A stretch of 64,000 nt of DNA. Origin: Azolla caroliniana (Eukaryota > Plantae > Polypodiophyta). Position numbers and translations under genes: made by a program. Positions 46,242 through 59,716 of this stretch are shown here, in pieces. Within the stretch, counting starts at the first letter, position 1; each line of letters starts with the position of its first letter. The stretch is taken from contig JBHGNT010000007.1 of assembly GCA_043228905.1 (NCBI GenBank), positions 6,324,001-6,388,000 on the forward strand, given 5' to 3'. The notes beneath the pieces were generated by a model. That model had not been told where the DNA came from. It did not search any database and worked only from the letters and a program-made list of their open reading frames with translations.

Positions 46242-49200
46242 TCAACACACTCCATTGCAAAGAGATTGCATAAGCTTTAATCCAACACTCCGGATATCCC
46301 CTGCAAGACACCAGCCATAACCATCGTAATTTTCATATGATACAACACTTATATTTAGAATAATAGGATAATCAAAAGAAGAAAAATATACCTGCTCCCA
46401 ATGTGAACACAATAACCTCATCTTGTAGAACCATAGCTAGCTTTGTCTTGATATATGTGCAAATATCATTCTATCTCCGAACATGGCATACACCTCCATG
46501 TGAGAACATTTATAAACTCAGAAGTTAGTGCTAAGACTGGAAGATAAATGTTACCATTTGTGGAATATAAACCACTGGAGGGCCATGAATACGATTTACT
46601 AAATCTTGTCCACTTACTCCCCAGGCATTGCTCTCCCTTGCAGAGAACACCTGCCAAGCACAAATAATTTTCTTTCTTTTGTCCCTTTATCTGATTTGCC
46701 AAACTTGAAATAACTATTTTACATCAATCCACCATCTCATCTGGCAATTTTGTTTGCCATTTTTTACATTTTTACATATGCTCATTGCTTATGTATGAAG
46801 AATGAAATATCCATATCTATATTTGCAAATAAAAGATAAATCAAAAGATTTGCTAGATATAATTTAAACATACACATATATATAGACAGCATGTAGTGAT
46901 TGTCACCTCAGTTATGATAATATGATCAGCCTTACTCAATGCAAAGGCAAAATCATCAAGAAGTTTGACAAGTCGGCTGGAATCAACATTTCCCAAGGTA
47001 AACATTTAGTCACGGAACTTGCACAAAAATGTTGGAATGCATGACCAACTCATATACACATCTTTTATTGGCTGCTTTTACAAAGAAAAATATGATCAGT
47101 ACCTGTATGTATGAGGTTGAAAGACTAGCCATAGAGGTTGCTTAGGAAATTTCTTTCTCGTTGCTTCTACAACAGCAAGTATTTCTGTGGGATGATGAGC
47201 ATAATCATCAAAAAGCTGGAACCCTCTGCCCACGCCAATCAGTTCAAATCGTCTCTGAACACCAACAAAGGCTTTAAGTGACCTGCTGGCAGCTTTTGCA
47301 GCTTCTCTTTGAGCTTTGTGTGATGGTTTGGCATCATTTATTGTTTCAGTTGAGAGCACTGCTGAAGTAACAATCGCCTGTGAAATGAGATTGTGCACAT
47401 TGAAATCTAAAATTGGAACAAATATTTACCAATTAGCATCACAGATTCAGCAATTGATAAACATACTGATGCATTTGATTGAAGTCTTGAATTTAGGAAT
47501 TCATTGCTTGTTCTACAGCATAAAGAATAAGTCAAGGAAATCCTAAATACAGGATAGCAATCTCATTTGAAAAGAAGCCATCTCCTTTTCACATTGTTCA
47601 GATAACATACTAGTGATCCATTCAGAAAATCAAGAATCGTTAACATATCTCTATTATACTTCAAACTACTTGAAACCTATTGACATCACATATAAATTCA
47701 ACACCAGTTGCAGACCTTTCTTTGTGTAGTAGACCATTCAGAAAATCAAGAATCATGATAATCAACTAAGGATGTCTCTAGTAAGGGAGAGATTTGGAGA
47801 TCCTCTTAAGTTCCATTGGGGATAGTTGTGATGTGAGAATGATAATGAAAGTGCACTTTGTATAGGTACTATTTTATTATAGTATTTTGTATTCTTTCCA
47901 TGGATGGGATCTCTGCACGTGAAAGAAGGAACAAACACTAATGATAAAAGAATGGGGATCTGAAAAGGAAAAGAACGAATATACAACAAGAAGGAAATGT
48001 CCATGTGTCTAGAGTGGAAGAAGAACATACCGCTAAAGAGTTGAGGACATTATGAACACCTGGCAGCTTCAATTCAACTTTCGTGATTACCTCACCATTA
48101 CAAGTCTGCAATGCCAAAAAGATTGATGAAAACAACTCTCATCAGATTTGTCAATTGGAGTACTACCATAATCACTTACGAGGAAAATTCCAAGATCCAC
48201 AGTTTACTTCTCTTTAGCATTGCTGTTACAACAAACTAAACAAATATTTTTACAGCTATACATCATTTAAATCTCACATTTAAACTATAATTTTGTGACT
48301 AGTGAATTGAAACTTCTTGAATCAATGAAGTTAATGACATAGCTTAACACCACATCATAATCCATTCTCACAAAGACTCCTGGCCATTGGCTACAACCAA
48401 TCACATGTACCAACAATTTTGGCAAGATGCAAATAGAATGTCAATGACACTATTAAAGGCAGAACAGTAATTAATACTTAACGATATGTTGGGATTCTCA
48501 CAGCGAAGTAATCCGTTCCACCAGCTGTATTAGTTTCAAGCATAACTGCCTGCCACATATTTCCATCCCGCAGGCCATATGAAACAAGTTGGTTAAGTCT
48601 AGTAGTATTCTTTATTGAACCCAATCCATCCTTAGGAGTAGATATTTCTCCCATCATATTGTTTGCTACAGACCTGGCGGCAGCACTGCACCAAGGACAA
48701 ACAAACACCATTCATCTCCCAAAGTAAAAACATTTGGTACAGCTGTTACAAACACATTTAAAACATACTTGTCCCCGCAAAAAATCATTGTGCCACCAGC
48801 TCTTATACACATGGCAAATCTTCTGAAGCAATTAACTACAGCTTCCTGCAATGGTAATTCACTCAAGAAATGGTTTGCTTCCAGTTGCATTGCGGTAGCA
48901 CCAACATCATATTGCAGATTTATGTACCTCATTTGGAAATTTGTCAACGTGTTCCCATTCAATATTAGTAATTAAAGCCACATAAGGTGATAAGTTTAAA
49001 AAGCAGCCATCATACTCATCTGCCTGCAACCAAATAAAAAAGAAAACATTGCACACATCATCATATTTTCCATTAATACAACAGTAAATCTATAAGATGA
49101 GATATTTCTCAGCTCATAAATGCAACAACAACAAAGAAATTGCAAAATAATAGCAGATGGATACCAATCCTCAATAAAAATAAAACAAAACCTAAAGAGA

Positions 49201-52200
49201 GGATATAATGCCAAATGATTACAAGAAAGAAAGCTTCATGATTTTAGTATATATACTAATTTGTGTTGTAAGTCCAAGCAAAGTTAGTTTACCTCTAGCA
49301 CAAACAGCTTTCCATTTCCATACAGTACACCCCCACCTCCTGGAAACTACAAAATTGCAAAAGCGATCAGAGTAATCTAAAGTTAAGGTTATAAAAGTCA
49401 AGAAAATAATATTTATTTTGGGAAATTCATGTGTCCTATCAGTTTCCTTTCAAAACAAGTACATGTGTGTAAATCAACCTTATTAATTCTGATATATGTA
49501 TAAGAGGGATCCAAAATAATGATCTCACAGTAAATCTTGGGCTATTCAGGTTGGGCGTTCAAGCCCCACCAAATGCATGATGGGCATGAAAACTTTGTTC
49601 TTCAAATGATGTTTGTTATTAGGTCATTATGCCTCATGAACACCAAAGTAAATATTTCTCCTTGGACCAGAGGTAGATCACACTTCTTGTCAAGCTTGGC
49701 CATGTTTTCGGCTTGACTTGTGGATTTCCCTTGATGTTCTCAGAGAATCTTGCCTATTACTGCCTTGTTTCAAGAAATTCACCCTCTTTTCTATGCATTC
49801 AGATAAGATATATTTGAAAAATTATCACAGAGAAAAAGATTGAACTAATGTCTCTATGGAGGACAAAAACGTTGTGTCATGTTCCAAATAATTACAACAC
49901 AACAAAAGGAGAGAAAATAAAAGGAGGTGACATCGTAACATGAAATAAACTAAGAGCAAGTTCTACCTCATGAAAAAGCAGAGTGTCAAAGGCATTGCAC
50001 AATATAGATCCGATGGTTTACAGAGTGCATCTTTTGTGAGGTTGTAACCAAGCATATATCTCATTGGGTGCACAGTCACCCTAAAGCGTGACTAATGATT
50101 GGCTGGAAGTGTAACTCCTTATTTCCTTTGCTATAGATTTTGAACCGTAAAGATCTCAATCATGAGTTGAGACTATGTGAGAGAACCTAGATTAGAAAGA
50201 CCATGTGAGCTCTGCACAAATCAGCTACCAAAAGGTGTAGGTTGTTCCACCTGAGCACATGTTGAAATGACAGAAAATTACAAATAAGAAGCTAAAAATT
50301 TCAAACATTCAAAAAAGGTTCCACATCCATGAGAGAGAAATTTGTTTTTCATTTCTTTTCATTATCACTCAGCACTGACGGTGTTTCCCTTGCTTCAGAG
50401 AGCTTTCCATCTTGAATTGGCCCATGTTGGACGTGTTTTGAAGTGCTTAGCTACTACATGCGACACTTTATTTTGGTTTGTTTTTCCAAAGATGAGACAA
50501 CATTTTAAGATGTCATCTGTTGTTCAGTTTCATGGGCCATTTTGGCCTCCTAAAATTCATTAATATATCTTTCTTTCTATTCACACATATAACTTGGAAA
50601 TTTGGAATCAAGAAATGTCGAAGGAGACAAATGGCCCACATGCAGTAATAGAACAACAGTAGTTCAACATCCTCAAGTACGTCACACTTTCTACAAATAG
50701 AGAGGCACAAACAAAATAACTTCTTACACAAAAACACGTTACTGCCCTTTTTACATCAAAGTTTCATTAAATATAAACACATGTGTACATCATGCTTCAC
50801 CCCAAGCCTCCATACCTGTGACACATTTGCACCTACAAGAGCCGATATGTCATTGCCCATCTCCTTTAATACCATAGAAACCATTGCAGTAGTTGTGCTC
50901 TTTCCTGAAAACGGTAACGCTTGGATAGTATCCATTATGCAATATGAAGTTCAACATAGAGGACAAAAAAATGATGCATGTACTACAATCCTCGATCTTG
51001 CCTAAATTATTTTCTTCATGATGTAAAAGACTTTCAAGATCTTCCATCCCTATGGAAATCTTACTTTTGTTGACATCCAAAATAACTACAAGGTCTGCTC
51101 CTGTATGAAAGAGGACAGTAAGTCATACCATGGGTTCCACTAATAGCAATAAGATCGTAATTGCACGTGAGTCTCGCGAGCCACGAACCTCTCTTATGAC
51201 TGCACAGAAGAATACAGCCCCAATAATATTAATGTTATGCTATACAAAATATTGTATGCAGCACGATCCATTGATACTCAAGGATAAGAAGCTCTACTCC
51301 AGTTCAAATCATTTTTCAATGTTTTTTTGTTTCCTTGCCCAGATACCTATTGATTCAATACTCCAAGCTCTTCCACTGTACTGTTTGGAAGGTGTAGGTG
51401 TTATCAACCAAGATTGAAGAGGATCCCTTATCCTTCTCCAAATCCATTCAAAGAAGAAGCTGATAGTTCCCCCATACATTTTACCTTCCTTATTATCATG
51501 CCTTCTTCAACAGTCTTGCACTTTCATCTTTCCATCAGATGTTTCTACTGTTCTACTTTTCTATAGAATATTCCCAATAGAAATGATCACTTTTCTACTT
51601 AATGTACATTTCCCACAAATTTCCTGCATGCATAAAATGGTGGTAATTGAATCTGGGCAGCTCATTAGATACTGACATGGGAATATTCAATTCTTGTGCC
51701 AGGATGAGCTCTTCATTGGTGCATGGAATGCAAGATGATAAAACAACATGATCAGGTAGTTTCCCATCATCTCCATGAATCTGAGATCCTCGATGGCCAA
51801 TATATACAATTGCTCCAGCTCTTTGCAAATCCTCCAGTTTTGGGTTCCACAAGATGTCAGAACCACTAACTTTCAATCCCTATAGAAAAAATGCATATTT
51901 TTACATTCCGTGACTTTTTGTCCTTCGATGTTCACATTGTTGACAGAATTGATTCCGTAACTATATAATTATATGTATTTCCATAAAACTTTACATATTT
52001 CGCTCACATTGCATCGAATGCAAGGCAGGGTAAGTATTAAGGCTTGGTCCTCAAATTTTACAAAGGCTTTTTTCTTTTCCTTTGAAAGTGTATGATCTGT
52101 TTCAATGCATGCAATGCAAGGGAGGATAAGGTTGGGTTCTCAAATTTTAGGGTTGATTTTTTTCCTTTATTACTTTGTTCCATTCAATGCATAGAATGCC

Positions 52201-52872
52201 TCATATTTTATGCGGGGTTTTTTCTTCTTAATTGAAATATTTTTACTTGCTTTCTATCCGTAGAATGACACAAATTTCAGGCAATTTCTCTCCTCCGAAG
52301 TGCTTCTTGTATACCTCTTTCAAAGCATTCAATATATCAAATTTCATGGGCAATCTTTTCTTGTTTGACGTGTTCTTTATCTCTTTCAATGCACAGAATG
52401 TGTCCCAGTTCATAAGTTCTATTTTTACTCCTTTGTTAAATCGTTTTACGAGTTGTCAATCAATGAAGTGACTCAAATGTCAGGCATTATTTCATCACAT
52501 GTAGAGTGATGCCACTGTTACCTGTTTCAATGCAAAAAATGCAAGGGCAGAGAGGCCTGCCCCACCGATACCGATGAAGTGGACCCATGCTTTGCTTCCA
52601 CTGCCAACAGGGTTCTTCCGAGGTTCCTGATGATGGTGGCTTGATCCGATGACAGCCAGAGCGACGACGATGGAACGAGGCGGCGAAGCTCCGGAGATGG
52701 AGAGCGATGATGGGCGGTGGTGAGGTGGAGATGTTGTAAGGGCGAGAGAGCAAAGTGGGTCATGAGGAGCAGAGTGGTGGATCCATTTCTGCATCTGCAG
52801 ATGAGCGCTAAGAATTATTGGGGGGAAGGATGTGAATGGGCAACAGCACTTGGCTTCCAACAAGCTCTGCAT
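46242..52872 (-). CDS. MurC: UDP-N-acetylmuramate--L-alanine ligase, plastid type; exons 52872-52522, 51879-51677, 51199-51129, 50904-50816, 49346-49293, 49023-48928, 48845-48769, 48685-48502, 48105-48031, 47377-47103, 46976-46907, 46650-46555, 46470-46392, 46300-46242 (~592 aa)
   Basis: VHFIGIGGAGLSALA, VSGSD, P-loop ISGTHGKSTTT, EADEYD, TNIEWEHVD, PGVHNVLN, GVQRRFE, DDYAHHPTEI, FQPHTYSR, TLGAGDI; all 13 introns GT-AG and phase-consistent. Confidence 0.95.
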
Positions 52873-52889
52873 AATGGGAATCAGCAACC

Positions 52890-52928
<39 letters not shown>

Positions 52929-55465
52929 ACTTGAGAAATGCAGGGTCTTAGGGAGCCATCCATCCATCCATCCATGCATGCATGCATCCCAGGACCCATA
53001 CCATGATATGATATGATATGATATGATTGGTGGGTTGAAGCCATGTCTCATCATACCAAACTAGCTAGGAACATGATTGGGGGGGGGTGTCAGGGAGCTT
53101 TGAGGATCTCCTTAGAGATAGATGCGACCATACTTTTGATTACAATCTGTTCCGAGGTAAGGCCTACCTCCCGGCTTCGAGATCGAACTTTGGTTCTCAA
53201 ACATATTTATGACAAATAGATGGTATGGTGTAAACCATGCTGATCCAACAAACTAGAGAGAGAGAGAGAGAGAGAGAGAAACTATAAGATCTCATGAATC
53301 GCTATGGTTATGCACATAATATACCCCGCCATTTAAAAATATTGCACTCTTGCGATGACTATTTGAGATAAGTGTGCTTTGATTATGCTTTGCTAACTAC
53401 TGCTAGAAGATTGATCAATTACGAACCAGTACGTTTAAGGATATGAAAAGTCCACAAACTTCTATGACTAATTTACTACACTTATTCTAGACAAAGTCTT
53501 GAGAGTTTAGAAACACACATAGAAATACTTTTTACCAAGGGTTAATTAAGCGCATGAGGTTGCTAATGCTAGTTTGCATAAGATAGTGTTATATCTTGAG
53601 CAGTTGTAACTTTTTTCGTTCCATATACAAACATATGTTTGCATATCCCTAAGATAGTTTATGTTGTGTGTATAACTCATGACAATGAATGTTAACATCA
53701 ATTGGAGCTTGTGGCTAAAATAATATATCAATATCAAATGACTACATCCAATTGATCTATTATTAGAGAAAGCTCCAAAATATAAACTTACTCTTCCCAT
53801 AAGCTCAAAGCATATCCTCATTGATATGATCACTTTTTCAATTGGTCGTCCATCTTACTGAGGTTGGTCTATAGACCCATGCTCTAGGTAGTTTCTTGTT
53901 GCATTGACATTTTTAACAAAAAAATCACTAGTGGGCGGAAATCTCAATCACTCATTATATGCAATGGTAACCTGAGAATGATGCCATTTAGTCACTTAAT
54001 CATTAATATCAATATGCATTTTAAGTGAAAAGAAATGAGTAGAGATTATATCAAGTGTATGATGTATTCCAATATGCCTTAGTGGGTGCAAAAATAATTC
54101 TTGTTTTGACGTCATGCAAATTTGGAACACAAACCTTTCCAATATGGTTGAACAAATCATAAGCAATGTCAAAGGTTCCCTTCAAGGATGTAGTGTCAAA
54201 TATTATGTACAATATATTTCGGTCTTGCCCAAAAAATTTAAAGGAAACTGTCATCAAGGTACTTTCCTTGAAGGTGATCATAATGATCGGATTGTTAATG
54301 AAGTTAATCATGTTAACCTCATAAATACCAACTTACGGCAGTAACGACTATATTGACAAATAGTTTTAACGTTATCTAATGGAAAATCAAAGTTGTGAAT
54401 AAGCTTTGTCCATTGTCCCATCTGACCCACGTGGTCCCAATGGTCACATAAGGACTACCGGTCCCTAGTTGCTCAAAAATAATTTCCAAATAGGTAGTAT
54501 CTCCTTATTTCTTAATTGTTCATTCTTGATCCCAAACTATTGCATTCATGAAGTATGTACGCATATTGAGTAGAAGTATCATGTAAGTTAGATGAAGGAA
54601 AATGTCACTTATGTTCTTGAAGTATGTTTAAGGATTCATCTAAAAAGTAATTCTAAGTATTGGCCTTGTTGACTTGCACATTTGATCTTGTAGGAGGTTT
54701 CTGAATGGCATCATCAATTGTGAATGATTGCAAACAGATTTGTGCAACAAATCGATATAACCAAGGAATCAACAAAGTTCTTGGACATTATACAATGGGA
54801 TAAACTAGAATTTCACTTTCCCTATTTTAGGAAGATCAAATTGTACCCTTTCTCAAATGCTTGAACTAAGTAATCGATGTTGAAACATCATTGCCATAAA
54901 TTTCTAATTGATGGTACAACATATATTTATTCAAAAGATGTTAGTTGACACATAATCACCATGGTCTATCATATTTCACATCTTATAGGATTGATGCACC
55001 CCAAAGTGTCATACTCAAGTGTGTCCCATTCTTAAGTAATCCTCAAGTTTCAAGATCAATTATCTTTTTTGGATTGACTAAGTTAATGTAAATGAATAAA
55101 AACATGTGCAACACCATGTATGAGATCGAGATTATGGTTAGCATTATGTGTAGGCATTGGCTTAGGTGCGAGTTTTCGAGAAGAACATCACAAAGCTTTG
55201 ATAAGATTACCAAACAATCTTATGTACAAGAAAGATGTCAAAATAGGTGAATTGTAAAATACACTCGATAAAGAGCTACCAAGGTCAAATATGAATTATA
55301 CGTGAGTCTTAGTGATATTTATGTTCAAAGGAAGCAAATCATTCAATCTTGGTGACCTTGGCAAGATTTGGAAGTTACTTAGATGTTCAGTATAAACAAC
55401 AAGAATTCAAGATTGAACAAAAGTCTATAGACATTACTTTTTTCTCTTAATGCTTTTGCTAGAGA

Positions 55466-55765
55466 TAGGAATCGGCAACGGTTCGATTTCGGCTTAACCA
55501 GTTTTGCCTCGTCCAAACCAAACCAATTAAGCTTAAACTGGTTTGGGAGTTTCCGAACGTGAACTAAACCAGTTCCTAAACCGGTTTAGCCAAGCCAGAG
55601 TAAGACTTAATCGACTTGGTAACTGGTTTGGCCCAAATAGGTTCGGTTCGGCTTGAACCATCCCAAAACGATTAAGGAAGCTAAAGCCTAAATCAAACTG
55701 CCAAACTGTTTAAATATGGTTTAATGGTTCGATTTAGGCTTGAGTCGAGCCATTGCCGATTCCTA
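55466..55765. mobile_element. hAT-type MITE (300 bp)
   Basis: TIRs TAGGAATCGGCAACGGTTCGA / TCGAGCCATTGCCGATTCCTA; TSD GCTAGAGA/GCTAGAGT; internal AACC/GGTT motifs. Confidence 0.85.
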
Positions 55766-55832
55766 GCTAGAGTGTGTGTCATTAATCTCTAATATGACCC
55801 TTCATTTCTATATGAACATGGAAATTTAACGG

Positions 55833-56981
55833 TGTCGTGAAGATTTTCGGCAATGGTGTGAAAATCGCATAAAACATACGAAATCGAGTAAGAATCATAT
55901 AAAACAATAATAGTGAAAATACTATTTTAAATAAGTTTAATATCTTAGTACAAAAAGATGGAGGTCTTCAAGAGCTTTCGAATGCACTTTACTACATAAG
56001 AAACGAACATCTAAGTCTCAAGTTATGTGGGTAGGAAGTTTGCAAAGGAAAAGAGAAAGATAAAACTGTGATGTATCCCACATAGATAGGACAAATAAGG
56101 ATCTCACCATGTATAAGGCAGAACAAAAAGTATTATCTTTGTCTTTATGTGTGGAGCATAGAGAGTTCAAGGTAGCTTGAATTAAGCTAATTAAATGAGT
56201 GGGTTTGGCTTAGCTACTTGTAAAGGTTTTGGCCAACCAAAACCGACAGTGGAACCGACTAACAAGCGACTTGGGACTCGGGACTAGGCCGGACCAAACG
56301 GATGCAAATCGGACGGGTCGGTCGGGTCGGTTGATCGCGGTGCAATACCAAAATTAGTTATGTACATGTGACCAACAATGATAAATATAATTGTGTCCAA
56401 AAGCCTAATAATATTTTGTGCATAAAAGAAAAAAGATATAAGCAAGACTCAAACTTTGCACCTCCAAGATAAGAAGCAATAGGCTTACCATTAAGGTAAG
56501 CCAAATCATTTCTTTAGGGATTATATTTTTATCATTATAACTTTGTATGTAAATTGTCATATTAGAGCTTGATTGAGTGACATGTGATGCATGAGCGCCA
56601 ACTGGCAAACATGCATCACATGCATTCCATGCATTGTATGCATGTCTTGTACCCTCGCATGCATCATATGCATGGGAGCATCTATAAAAGGGTGGATGAA
56701 AAAGATCAAATGGAGCGATGTATTAATCAAAAAAAAATTAAAAGTAAGAAATTTATTATCCAATTGATGTATCAATCTTGTTCTTCAATTCTAAAGTCAA
56801 GAGTTCAATCTTAATCTCTCTCAATCTAAAGTCAAGCGTTCTATCTTATCTCAATCTCTCTCTCTTTCAATCTATCTTAATTCCTTTCTTGCTTAAGTTA
56901 GTGCAATCTTCGTGTCCTTCCGGTCTAGAAACCCGGTGGTTCCGCCTCACGATTCGCACCTAGTGACAGATCTTCACGACA
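55833..56981 (+). mobile_element. Solo LTR with termini related to element B
   Basis: Perfect 12-bp inverted termini TGTCGTGAAGAT...ATCTTCACGACA; 4-bp TSD ACGG; TATA CTATAAAAG near 56682. Confidence 0.78.
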
Positions 56982-59716
56982 ACGGGTCTAACATAAAAAC
57001 AATGCGTGAATCATGCATTGGCCAGTGTCGCCCAAAATAAAAAATAGATGGCCAAAGCACTATATTGCGAGGCGAAAAACAAAAAGGGAATGAGAAACAG
57101 CCAAGTTTAGAGGCCGAAGAAGTGTTGAATGAAGCAAGGAAATTCAAGGTAAGATATGTTGGCACCTCAATGAGTGTTCCTATAACAACAAATTAGAAGC
57201 TCAATTCTTTTTCAAATAAGGTGCATAGAATGATTGAAAACGAAGAGACATACTCTAACATGAGGACACAAGAAGAGGACGGACCCAAATTGGGCCACAT
57301 GGAGACCTCAACAATGAGCATGACTACAAGGGTGCATTTGAATGTACACATGCTTGATGATGAAGTAAATGTCTATATGCCAACATCTAGAGTAGATGGC
57401 TAACCAAGCGGCCTAGCATGTTACAATAAACCAATGACCTACGTGTTATTAGCCAAAAACTCTAACCAATCAAGGTAGCAATGCTATGATAATACATTAA
57501 TTTATGAACTATTTATCCTTAGCATTTCTTGCTTGCCTTTTCCTACAAAATATGATTGGTCTCCTTCACTCCTTTTACTTAATAAGAAACCATCCATACC
57601 ATTGTGCTCACTTCACATCCCAAACGTGACACATGATCCATTACCACCCAAACCTACACATCCTTTGTCATGTGCCAACATCTATAGTAGATGATGCAAA
57701 TTTCTTGTTTGCATTTTCTTCAAGGCCAACATACACTTCACCTCCTCTTCCAATAGATTTATTATGGGGTACTCTTTATGTTGCTTCTTGAAGACCTTCA
57801 TTTTTTTCTTGCAATGGGTACAAAAAACATGGTCCCGCATAACTCTGCCAAGTGGTATGCACAATTTATGGGCCACACTAACTCTTATCAAACTTCTCAA
57901 TGGAGCTAATAGACTAAAGCATGGCTACCTACTTCTATTTTCTTGGCCCAAAGTCAATGCCTCTTATCAAAACTTTTTATAACATTCAATGGCCAACTCT
58001 ACATTCTCTAATGTTGTTTTAGGTTGTTGAATTCTTGTTGCGAAAATTTATTCTTGACATATATTACAATTTCATGATGATGCAACATATGAGGTGATAA
58101 ATTATTGTATGGGAATTGTGAGATTTTGACTATGTGAGCATAAATGTTGCTACCATGCTATGTTTTGTTAGTAGCAAACATGGCAACTCCTTCATTTTGC
58201 CACACATGCTTTCACAAAGTGCCTTCACAATAGGGTTGTGTCCATATTCCCCTTTCCAATTTGCCTCAACATTATACATTGTAGTGATTGATAACCTAAA
58301 ACCCAATATTGAGAAGATTTCTCTTACTTTGTTAGCATTTATTCTAACTCATCTCTACCAACCACAATCCCAACACATCCATATCTACGGATCACATATT
58401 TTAGCAAGAATTTGCACAATGAAATGGTTGTCTTTTTCCTTGATGATACTCTCTTCCCATAGCATGAGAAGTCTTCCCTTGCTACTTCATGATGTCAATC
58501 ATCCATTTATCATACGTTACTAGTGCATGAGCCAAATCCAAACATTTCTATGGCACTTTGGAATGCATTTAACAAGTTTTGATATGCTTTTACATAACAT
58601 GCCACGTCCTTGCACATTCCCAACCACCAATTCTTCTAATTCAAATCAAGAATGTCGTCCATATTCCCTTGTGCCTAGGTCATAAATTATCATGGTATTC
58701 AAGAATCGATTTCTCTTGCTCTTCTTTTTTCCACATCGCCATAACTGGAGTTTCTATCTATTCCTTAAAGTGCTTATGTAGGTGCTCTTCACATAAGAAT
58801 AATTCGTAAGCCTTCTTCAAACTGCAATGTTATTCTCATTTTGACAAAGGGGTATTATTAGATATAGTTCTAAAATATTTCCCAATTTGGAGTCATTCTC
58901 GTCATATTCTTCTTTGCAGAACATTGCGAGCATTGGTCATGCTAATTTCCTATAATATACGCGAGAAGATGCAAAGAAGTCAATATCTACACCTTCATTA
59001 GTTTTCTTTGACCTCATATATTTCCCTCAACAACATATCTACCACATTAGTGTGCCTTCATGCCACATCTAAGATTTCTTAATTGACTCCATGATGTAAG
59101 AAGTCCAAGGTAACATGGCAACATCTATGATCTAACGTAAAACACCCAAAGATAATCTCAAGTATAAGAAGACAATCCAATAAGCGCCTTCCTTATAAAG
59201 TAGTCCCAAATCAACTTTGATTGCCAATAAGATTCTCCAACCTTGTGGCTGAAATAGACTATAGCTGTTTGTCTTTCACGTAGCATATTGGCTTGAATTA
59301 GATTACACAACGGCTCTCATCTTTGCTCTCTAAATCGATGATGCATCCTATTTGAATTCGGATTAGGATCATATCCACTTGTCACGAGAGATCAAAGTAT
59401 CCTTAGCATAATTGGATATGTTTTCAGTGTCGATGTTTCGAATCATTAGTAAACCCTTTAGTTGCAAACATGGAATCAGTGTGATCTTCATTCAACCCAC
59501 TTGAGCTTCTTTCACTTCTTTTTACAAACTCATGGAAAAGGCTGAAACATATGGTTTTCAAGGTTTGGTTGGACATATTATGTATTGATATGAGGCCCAA
59601 TGGATCATTTCATTTGAACCTTTACAGAGAACAGAGACAGAAGCAAGAGAGAGAACAGAGACAGAAGAAAGAGAGAGAACAGAGAACAGAGAACAGAGAC
59701 AGAGAGAGAGAGAGAG

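Noticed and set aside
46242-52872. MurC as bacterial contamination or recent HGT
   Set aside because: It has thirteen canonical spliceosomal introns, a transit-peptide-like extension and plant flanking genes.
38484-52872. Functional cluster of two convergent plastid-targeted genes
   Set aside because: No pathway link is evident, and adjacency of two plastid-targeted genes is expected by chance.
53500-55400. Short ORFs upstream of MurC
   Set aside because: AT-rich, with no recognisable domain or splice structure; probably old TE debris.
57000-59300. Possible decayed DNA-transposon transposase (CACTA or hAT) on the minus strand
   Set aside because: Only vague fragments (e.g. HVFCTHCKK); no TIR, TSD or confident motif. 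It needs a profile search.
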